Shown one piece after another: positions 46,672 to 56,026 of a stretch of 56,026 nt of DNA. Position numbers and translations under genes: made by a program. Within the stretch, counting starts at the first letter, position 1. Each line of letters opens with the position of its first letter. Under the pieces are notes generated by a model. The model was not told where the DNA came from, ran no database searches, and saw only the letters and a program-made list of their open reading frames with translations. The stretch is from the NCBI GenBank assembly GCA_032718475.1, contig JAUCBJ010000538.1, positions 1 to 56,026 on the forward strand. The letters are read 5' to 3'. The stretch is from Nemertoderma westbladi (lineage: Eukaryota; Animalia; Xenacoelomorpha).

Positions 46672-48818
46672 CCTTCTATTTCTCAACCCTCTTTGAATCA
46701 GAGAAAATTTGTTGAAATTTTCGAAACAGTTTAAAATCGAGTCAACTTAAACTTAGTAAAAAAAAAAATGATTCCATTGCGCTTGTTAGCTTTCTCAAAA
46801 AATACCTGTTCCCATTTGGGAACAGTGGCAGGAACAGCGAATTCTATATTGTAGAAAATAACAAAAACAAAAAGTAGTATCTCAAAACATTGAAAACCAC
46901 AAACAGACTCCAATTTTATGGACTATTATACAATTTTATTGGTCTAGGGACCGCTTTTATGTCCCATTTGGGAACACTGGTGATGTTTTTTGTTTAATTT
47001 GAATTAGTAAACGATGGTGACGGATTTTTTTATATTTGATTTAGTAAACAATTTAGGGAGATGCTTTGGTTGAAATTATATTTTACTATTAAGAAACAGG
47101 TCAGTCCCACTTGGGAACACTGTGCTCCATTAGATCTTTTTTTCGAGCCCTGAACCGAGCCACCATGCTCTACTGTACTCAATTAGATCTATTTTCGAGT
47201 CCTGAACCGAGCCAACATGCCCTACTGCGCTCCTTTAGATATATTCTCGTGCCCTGAGCCGAGCCAACACACCCTACTGTGCTCCATTAGATGTTTTTTC
47301 GAGCCCTAAATCAAGCCACCATGCTCTACTGTGCTTAATTAAAGATATATTTTCGATTCCTGAACCGAGCCAATATGCCCTAACTGCGCTCCATTAGATA
47401 TATTTTCGATTCCTGAACCGAGCCAACACGCCCTACTGCGCTCCATTATATATATTCTCGTGTACTGAGCCGAGCAAACACGCCCTACTGCGCTGCATTA
47501 GATCTATTCTCACGTCCTGAACCGAGCCAACACACAGTACTGCGCTGCATTAGATCTTTTTTCGAGCCGTGAACCAAGCCACCATGCTCTAACTGTGGTC
47601 AATTAGATCTATTTTCGATTCCTGAACCGAGCCAACATGCCCTACTGCAATCCATTAGATCTAATCTCACGCCCTGAACCGAGCCAACACGCCCAGTGCG
47701 CTGCATTAGATCTACTCTCATGTGCTGAACCGAGCCAACACTCCCTACTGCGCTGCATTAGATCTATTCTCACGTCCTGAAGCGAGCCAACATGCCCTAC
47801 TGCGCTCCATTATATCCTTTTCGAGCCCTGAACCGGGCTACCATGCTCTACTGTGCTCAATTAGATCTACTTTCGAATCATGGACCGAGCCAACATGCCC
47901 TACTGCAATCCTTTAGATCTATTCTCACGTCCTGAAGCGAGCCAACATGCCCTACTGCGCTCATTAGATCGTTTTCCGAGCCCTGAACCAAGCCACCATG
48001 CTCTAACTGTGGTCAATTAGATCTACTTTCAAGTCCTGGACCGAGCCAACATGCCCTACTACGCTCCATTAGATCTAATCTCACGCCCTGAACCGAGCCA
48101 ACACGCCTATTGCGCTGCATTAGATCTACTCTCACGTCCTGAACCGAGCCAACACTCCCTACTGCGCTGCATTAGATCTTTTTTCGAGCCCTGAACCGAG
48201 CCACAATGCTCTACTCTGGTCAATTAGATATATTCTCGTGTCCTGAACCGAGCCAACACGCATTACTGCGTTCCATTAGATCTATTCTCACGTCTTGAAC
48301 CGAGTCAGCATGCCCTATTGCGTTCCATTAGATCTACGCTCACGTCCTGAGCCGAGCCAACATGCCCCAATGGGCTCCACTAGATCTATTCTCGTGTCTT
48401 GAGCCGAGCCAGCACGCCCTACTGCGTTCCATTAGATCCTTTTTCAAGCCCTGAACCGAACCAACATGTTTTACTGTGCTCCATTAGACCTATTCTCGTG
48501 TCCTGAGCCGAGCCTATACAATACACCCTACTGAGAAACTGAAGTTCTGGTAAAGTGTTGGCCTAATAATTGTTTGCCCTAATAATAGTTCCCTATTGTT
48601 TGAATGTCCCAAAAATCGAAAAAAAATGAGAATTGGCATAATTTGGCATGCCAAAACACTAACTTGAAGTTCGAAAACACTTGAAGTTGAAAATAAAAAA
48701 CAATATTCCACTCTTCCTAAACATATTAACATTAAAAAAGTAATAGAAGCCTATATTATATTTCCTCCAGTTGAATTTAAAAAAATGCTCCCAATTGGGA
48801 ACACTGGGAGATAGAAGG
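46672..48818. mobile_element. piggyBac-like non-autonomous element carrying a minisatellite
   Basis: TTAA|CCTTCTATTTCTCA ... TGGGAGATAGAAGG; repeated subterminal TCCCAWTTGGGAACA palindromes. The right TTAA is degenerate. Confidence 0.55.
47119..48514. repeat. 52-bp minisatellite (~27 diverged units)
   Basis: TTAGAT at 47183, 47235 and onward; consensus CCATTAGATCTATTCTCACGTCCTGAACCGAGCCAACAYGCCCTACTGCGCT. Confidence 0.95.
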
Positions 48819-48820
48819 AT

Positions 48821-51800
48821 TTATTCATTCTTTCAGCATGGAACCCAGTCCAGCTGGGACTTTAATTAATAAAAGTACATATTTTTATATATACATGTGG
48901 TACAGCAGAATATAAAATTAAGAAGTAAAATGCTTAATAAAATGTGCAGTTCACGCACTAATGGTTAAAAGAACAAAAAAAGACATGAGGGGGAGCAGTT
49001 CCCTGAATATGGTTAGAGTCTAGGTGCTTTTGTCCTGTGTAGCGGTGAGGGGCCATCAAGGGTCGGGCACATCTGGACTGCTGCAGACTATTAATAGATG
49101 GGGGGTCTATGAGGTTGCGTAATAATCCCTGGTCCTTTGAAGTCTGACCACGAATGGTAAATTATGTGAGTCTAGACAGTCACGGACGAAATCCGCCTTG
49201 ATTTTTTCCCTCATTCCTGGTCGGTCTATATGGGCCCTTTGTTTTAGTGAATGGGTGTCGTAGTTAAATGTGAATATGGAGGTGAGTCGGGGAAGCGAGT
49301 GTTGAGTGACCCCATTAGAATAGCCACTTCCAATTCCCCGGTATGGGCATTTATGATCGTTATTCTGGATAAGGGAGAGTCTAAATCCGAGCTGCAGGGT
49401 GATGCCTGGGCAATTCAGCAGCTGGATCATCGTTTCTATGCAGTTTTGGATGGCAACTGAGGTTATTATGTTACAGCCAGATATCAGGTAGAGAGTCGAG
49501 TTGTTGATGTCGCGACCGCAATGTGCCAACCCACGGAGAACTTTCCTATAGAACCTGTCGAGTCGCTCCTGGTCCTTTCCATTGAGCGCACCAATGTTGA
49601 ACTTTAGTTGGTAGTTGATTACCAAGACGGCCATGGCGGACCACAGGGTGAATACCACATTGCTCTTGAGCCAGCGTGTTGTCCAGTCATTGCTGTGGAA
49701 AGTGTTGGAAAGTGCCGATAAGAGCTGTATTGCTTCACCAAGGATGTCATTGGAGGAGACCCGGTCAGATAGCTCGTAGCCGAGGAACACCATGTTGCTA
49801 CTTCTCTTTATAAGATTCCCACATTAAGTTTAGGAGGCAGGGCTTATGATTGGGTCCCCGGTGGTTGTTGTCTACCATTATCCATTTAGTTTTGCTGGCT
49901 TCAAAGTGAAGGTGTACCTCGGCAATTTTCAGGGACAGTATTGATGCCATTGATTCTATTGCCTGGGGAGAGGTAGCTAATAAAAGGAAGTCGTCCGCGT
50001 ATACGACTGAGCCCAGCCAGACAGAGCCGATTTAACATCCGAGGCCTGTTAGTCGCAGTCCAGTGATTATATCCTTAGTATAAAAGTTGAAGAGACCTGT
50101 GAGCCCTGCTTTAATCCTTTCAGAGTTGGGGTGATGGGAACTGCTTCGATGTGTTCTGAGAACGTCAGAAATATCCGGCTGCATGAGTAGTACGTCCAAA
50201 TAGTAGAGACAATATGGGGATTAATATCTGCATCAAGCAGCTTCCAGGCTAGGATCACAAAGTCCACGTTTGGGAATGCGGATTCCATGTCAAACTGGCA
50301 GACCTAGATCTGAGAGCCCTTGAGTTGGTAGTGCTGCAGACATTCTAGGGCAGTGGCCACTATGGCATTGGTTCCGTACTTCTTCTGGTAGGAGGTTTGG
50401 TCTCCATTTGGTTGGAGTGTTGCTAGGTAGTTGGTTAAAATGACATGCTCAAAAATCTTGGCAAATATACTTATAGAGGCTATTGGCTGGTAGGATGATG
50501 GGCCGTCTATGTCTCTGCCTTTCCCCTTGTAGTGGCTAGTCAGGACTGAGTCTCCAAAGAAGTTTGGCACTGTACCTAGTTTGATGCATTGGTTTATGAT
50601 AGCGGCTAGGGTTATACAGATTGGCCCTGGATCTAGGTGTAGGAAATGCTCAACTACCAATGATGAGACGTCTCCAGCTTTCCATGTAGACAGGGAACTG
50701 ATTGCGCGCTGTATTGATAGTGGTGATATGTTGGGAACTGGGGCAGTGCTACGTGCTTTCTCCAGGCCTTTGAGCAGTGTTAATCTGTAGTCCTGGTCAC
50801 TGGCAGTACTGGAGGTACTTTTACATTTATATTGGTCCCATAATGACTGTTCTATTGTGTGGGATATTGACTGGTGTGGGTCCCTTCTGTTAATGTTGCT
50901 CCAGAAGTGGCATGGGTTGGATTTTGAGCTGGCTGACCACCTATTAATCCGACTGGCCACTACGTTTTTATATATAAAATTTCTCAAGTGGTGGGTGGCC
51001 CCCTTAGATTCTGTGAATGTCTTTGCTAGGGGGTCATGTTGGTTGATTAGGGACACCAGGCGGCCCAGAAGGTTATTATACTCGACGGTACCTTTACTAC
51101 TGTCCGGTGCGTAGCAGGATAGGATCAAGTATTGATGGCCATTTGGTGTCCTCCCAAGAACTCCGACTATATCGTCTCTGCAAGCGATTCTATTCCAATT
51201 CTCGAGGATGTCCTTGCTGAAGAGCAGGGCAACCCCGCCAGCCCCTCTTTTCCTATCCGGGTTAGACATCCTATCACTCACACTGTACACGCATTCAAGG
51301 TTATTGCCCATGTTCTCCAGTAGGGTTTTTGCTTCGATGTTGTCTAGCCAGTGCTCTTGAATGCCAAGAACTTTGTGGCCTTTGAGAAGGTCTAGAATAA
51401 ATGTGGAATTTGATGGAAATCTGTGTGTATTGAAAGAGCAAACTTTTAGAGGCTGTTCCGACTTGTCTAGGCTCTCCGCTTGGGTATAATTTCTGTTAAA
51501 CCCGCTGTCCGGGGTGTCGTGAGGGGTGTTAGTTGGGACATTGTGGTTGATTAGGGCTACTGCATTGATTGCTCTGGTTCCTGTTGTTGTGGATCCATTC
51601 ACAGCAGGTAATACCAGGGGGCCAGAAACCTTGGGCAGTTACGAGTTTAAGGTCGGTTCTGTTGATTGTTATTCTCATGTTCTTAGCATTTGTGAAGTTA
51701 TTAATTCATGTGGTTAATCGGTGAACTTGTACCCTGTTTCTATCTAGGAACTGTAGGATGTTGCCTACTGTTTCAGAGATTGAGATTCTGTTGACAAACA

Positions 51801-54016
51801 CAGAGCAGACGTTTGAGGGTTTGGATCCCTTGTTCAGGATGTTCAGGATTCTATTGGGAGGCTGCTGTTGGGTTGTTGGGCCTTTGTGGTCCTAGTGTGT
51901 ACCGTTGCGATGCCTGCTTTGGATGAAAGCTGGGGGGGGGGGGGGGGGGGGGGGGGTTCAGGCATATGGGGGTATGGTGTTTGGATACTGCCTGTTGACT
52001 GTCCATTTGGGTTCTGGGCCTGTATGTTTCATTTTATATGGCTGCGGCGACTCCAGTGTGTCGTCACTCCAGGGTTGTCATACTGCGACCAGGGGGCTTT
52101 GAGGTAGTTTGACCCATGGTTATTCGTCGTTAGGTCTTGTGAGGAGCTAGTATGTGGTATAGTTTTTACATGGGCTTGTCGGTATTTTGGTCTTGACTGG
52201 TGGTGTTAGTCACTGTCAGGAGATATAGAGGCAATTTCACATAGGCGATTATCGATACTGCTTACTCGGGGAGGGAGTCTAGGTCTGCTGGGGATGCTGC
52301 AGTTAGGGTTCACCCTTGGGACAGGGGATTCCTTTGGTTCCACATGGGAAGGTTGGTCCCAGTTGTTTGTATTGATTTCCCTGCGGTTGTCATAGATGTT
52401 ACTCGACGTTTTTAATTGATTGTGCACTGGTTGTGTTGTGGAAAGCATGCCTTTTTAGGGGTGCCATCCAGGTTTTGTAATATAGCTGGGATGTCTCCTT
52501 ATTGAGTTCTTCGGCTGTAGGTCTGGGCTTGGGGTTGTTGCTAGCGTGTGGTTGGTGTACAGGAGCGTCTGCCTTGAGTACTCTGCTAAGCCGGAGTTTG
52601 AGGAGTGTTCTAACTTGTCGTTCCTGTTCCAGATCAGATTCCAGAGATTTGACACGTGCAATTATTATGGTGGGGTTGAGGCTGTTGTTGTCCTCCAGCT
52701 GGGATACTGTGGCAGTCGGCTTGAATGTGGTCTCCTTCGCGATGGTTTCTAACCCTGTGAGATGGTGTTCGAGAACTGTTCTACCATGTCAATCCAGTTC
52801 CAGTTCAGCTTCCAGTGTTTTGATGCGTTCATCCATCAGGCTGTTATCCCTTTCAGTGATGCAAATCCGAGATTGAAGTGTGGCCACTGCTGATAGGAAG
52901 TCATTTCGCAGCCCCTCTATGGTAATATCTGAATCACCCATCGTTTCCACTTTGCATAGGCGTTTTCTGCATGATTCCAAGAAATGATGTTCTTCCTGGC
53001 AACGTATCAGCTCCAGGATGTCAACTGCTAGCTCTTGACTAGACGTACGTGGGTGGAGTTTCAAGGTAAGACTCTGTACTGGGGACATTAATGGCTTCAC
53101 TTCTTCTAACAGACTGGACCGGGTTAAGGTGATGGTGTCTGTGTTTTCAGACATTCCGGGTCCGTTATATCTGTGGGATGTGGTGATATGCTTAGTTGTG
53201 CTGGAATTCGTGGGCCCTGTTTATCAAGGCAGTGGATTGCAGCTGTTTCATTGATCTCTTCGATATTTGTTTCATATAAGCAGTTCCTCAACCAGCAACG
53301 GAGTTTTTGGCTGTCTGAATGTAATCCGAGTATACTCCCGCTTTTGGAGGCTATGGCAAGGGTGTATACAGTAGGCTGACGAATGCGCCGCAGTCATGGC
53401 TGTTCGATTGACTGGGTAGGGTCTTGTATATTGTTCATCAACTGTCCAGGGAGTGGAGTCTGAGTTTATCCTATGAACTAGATTGAGTAGCTTGGATATC
53501 GATGTGGCTATTCTGTTAGTGTAAGTGGATGAGAGGCTACAGAGTGTGTAGATTTTCTTTATTTGTTGGTTTGCGATATGTAGGACAAAGTGTGAGAGGT
53601 GGCAATCTGGGAATAGGATAAATGGTGTGGTGGCAGGATCACATGAGTTAGTAATGTATGAGACTGCGCTTGCAGTGTCGCAGGTGGGTTGTAGTAGCTT
53701 AGAGCAGAGAGAAGAATCTATGCAGCTGACTGTTCCAAATTTGCATTTGAGAATTTATAGGAATGAGTCAATAATTACTGTAGACAAGTAGGCATTGTTG
53801 TCGAAATATTTCCAGTCCGGATCCCAGGGTTTTAGGAGAACTAGGCCTCTCTGGGTGGTTGGCTTTGTCGTGGCCGCGATGATGACTGCTTCTTCATGAA
53901 AACCATCTTCTATGTCGGGGTAGGTGAAAATATGTTCGGCTTCCCGCGTGGGGGGAACTTCTTTTATTAGATTAGCTCGTCAGCATGGGTGGTATTGGGC
54001 TGGCTGGGTCCTGGGC
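48821..54016 (-). mobile_element. Degenerate two-ORF APE-type LINE (RTEX-like, clade tentative)
   Basis: ORF1 remnants at ~51600-53154. ORF2 pieces: endonuclease CSFN, GIQEHWL, GGVALL and CYAP; RT YQPIASISIFAKIFE, GLKQG and VVYADDFLL (~49982-50008). Many frameshifts; boundaries approximate. Confidence 0.85.
50304..51602 (-). pseudogene. LINE ORF2 N-terminal part (internally deleted endonuclease plus RT start)
   Basis: The endonuclease lacks the GDxN and SDH motifs; the ORF stops inside RT. Confidence 0.85.
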
Positions 54017-54630
54017 ACTTAATATTGTAGCACCAATTAAAGAAATTAGTCTTAAACAACGCACTGAGCCCTGGATGACCTCGGGTATTCTTAGTAATAT
54101 CAGAGAAAGAGATAACTATTTGTATAAATTTAGGAAATACCGTGTTTTAGCTGATTATAATAATTACTGCAAATATAGAAACCTTGTCAAACGGGAAATA
54201 AAAAAAGCTAAATCTGAATATTTGTACAACAAAATAAGTGAGAATAGAGATAATCCTAAAAGTCTATGGTCTACCCTAAAATCTTTAGGTTATAAAAACC
54301 TTAAATCTAAATCGAATATTGTTCTGCAAGATAACGGTGAGCTGATTCATGATCATACTCTAGTTAGTAATTTATTTAATAATTATTTTACTAATGTTGC
54401 CTCTAATTTAGTTAAGAAGTTACCGTTATCAAGTATTAAATATAGTATAGGGTCTGAAACTCTAAATAATTTTTATTTAGAAAAGTTACAAAATTCAGAA
54501 AAGTTATTTTTAAAACCCGTTTCTGAGGATTTCGTTTTTCAAAATCTACTTGGCCTATCAGCCTCAAAAAGTACCGGTCTAGACCTAATACCTGCCCGTT
54601 TTCTTAAGGATGGTGCTGAAGTACTTACAT
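54017..54630 (+). pseudogene. CR1/L2/Crack-group LINE ORF2 fragment (endonuclease-RT linker)
   Basis: APIK...EPWMT...IRERD...KYRNLV...NPKSLW...FNNYF...KSTGLDLIPARFLKDGA. Confidence 0.88.
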
Positions 54631-55356
54631 AGGCATACCGTTGTTGCCAACCAACTCATAAAATAAATTACTCGATCTAGAATTTTGTGTAGAATGAATG
54701 GCCTTCAGCGAATGATCGTTCTTGCAATCTTTGAAAGCCTATATCTCAGCTGTTTCTCAACGAAATTCAGATATTGTTACATATATATGGAATCCTCGCA
54801 AAGCAATATTTGTAATGATATGAAAAAAATACGACTAAATGTGAAGAGTGGCCACGATACGGAGGGTGCGATTTCGCGAAAGACACTTTTTTAAAACGAT
54901 TATAAAAAATTGCAGGCAAAATTGAAAATTCCTGCTTCATGTGGACATCGATGGTGAATGGAACTAGTTGTGTTTCAAATTTCAAGTAATATGATCAAGA
55001 TTTGTAGAAAAAGTTGGGGGGGGGGGGGGGGGGGGGGTCCGTGTCATCTGAAAATGACACTATATTACGGGTCTTGGACTGTGTTCGGTAGTCCCATGTC
55101 CTGTAGTACAACAAAAGTACATTCTTTTTTAGTATTTTATGTAGATAAACAATGATATGAAAATCAATTCCTTATTTCACATTATTAATCCTTTCCTTGT
55201 GAGGGTCTAAAGCGTTCTATTAAGATACTTGGAGCCTGGTGTGTACATACAGGTAAGATAATTAACGCTCTAAATTAGAAGGGCGAGTGTTTTCCACAAT
55301 CTGGACATTAGTATTTTAGAGACCCGACTGGAACGAACAGATTCGATGTTGGGGAA

Positions 55357-56026
55357 GCATCCGCACCCATTCCGCATCAGCACCTATTCCGCATCCGCAC
55401 CCCTTCTGCATCCGCACCCATTCAGCATCCGCACCTATTCCGCATCCGCACCCATTCCGCATCCGCACCCATTCAGCATCCGCACCTATTCCGCATCCGC
55501 ACCCATTCCGCATCCACACCCATTCTGCATCCCCGCACCCATTCAGCATCCGCACCCATTCCGCATCCGCACCCATTCCGCATTCACACCCATTCCGAAT
55601 CCGCACCCATTCCGCATCCGCACCTATTCCACATCCGCACCTATCCCGCATCTGCACCCATTCCGCATCCGCACCCATTCAGCATCCGCACCTATTCCGC
55701 ATCCGCACCCATTCCGCATTCGCACCCGCACCCATTCCGCATCCGCACCCATTCCGCACCCGCACCTATTCCGCATCCGCACCCATTCCGCATCCGCACC
55801 CATGCAGCATCCGCACCTATTCCGCATCCTCACCCATTCCGCATCCGCATCCGCACCCATTCCGCAACCGCACCCATTCCGGATCAGCACCTATTCCGCA
55901 TCCGCACCTATTCCGCATCCGCACCCATTCCGCATTCGCACCCGCACCCATTCCGCATCCGCACCCATTCCGCATCCGCACCTATTCCGCATCCTCACCC
56001 ATTCCGCATCCGCATCCGCATCCGCA
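55357..56026. repeat. 17-bp minisatellite CCGCACCCATTCCGCAT, running off the window
   Basis: Read directly. Confidence 0.97.

Noticed and set aside
47119-48514. CRISPR-like appearance of the 52-bp array
   Set aside because: Whole units are homologous with no unique spacers; no cas genes; eukaryotic context.
53985-54016. Start of the 215-aa ORF as a real gene
   Set aside because: Chance in-frame fusion of flanking sequence to a CR1-group fragment.
12072-55037. Many long poly-G runs as a G-quadruplex system
   Set aside because: Homopolymers within repeats, with variable length between duplicates and prone to sequencing error; no further pattern.
55316-55890. Repetitive ORFs (GCGCGIGADAEWVRMRN)
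   Set aside because: Translation of a 17-bp minisatellite that cycles through reading frames.

Overview
AT-rich, repeat-dense genomic DNA from an animal, probably an invertebrate; the taxon cannot be fixed from the sequence. Two host-gene candidates are present: an intronless globin with an N-myristoylation motif (42493-43059, -) and one exon of a type II membrane protein (13428-13918, -). The rest is mostly nested mobile elements: head-to-tail Helitrons, a BEL/Pao LTR family (a complete 12.2-kb copy with TSD, a 3' fragment and a solo LTR), P-like, MULE-like, piggyBac-like and foldback TIR elements, a Crypton/HINE-like family, RTE, CR1-group and RTEX-like LINE remnants, a Penelope-like remnant, a tRNA-headed SINE and several minisatellites. 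The standout observation is in the BEL/Pao element. It has no tRNA primer-binding site; the 11 nt abutting its 5' LTR are instead the exact reverse complement of an 11-nt LTR-internal segment that is conserved in three LTR subfamilies. This is the Tf1/sushi self-priming geometry, which I know only from Ty3/Gypsy chromoviruses. The same element has a 3' LTR half with covarying stems, an in-frame RT- and integrase-less Gag-protease ORF, and a decayed extra 3' ORF. All alignments were done by eye.
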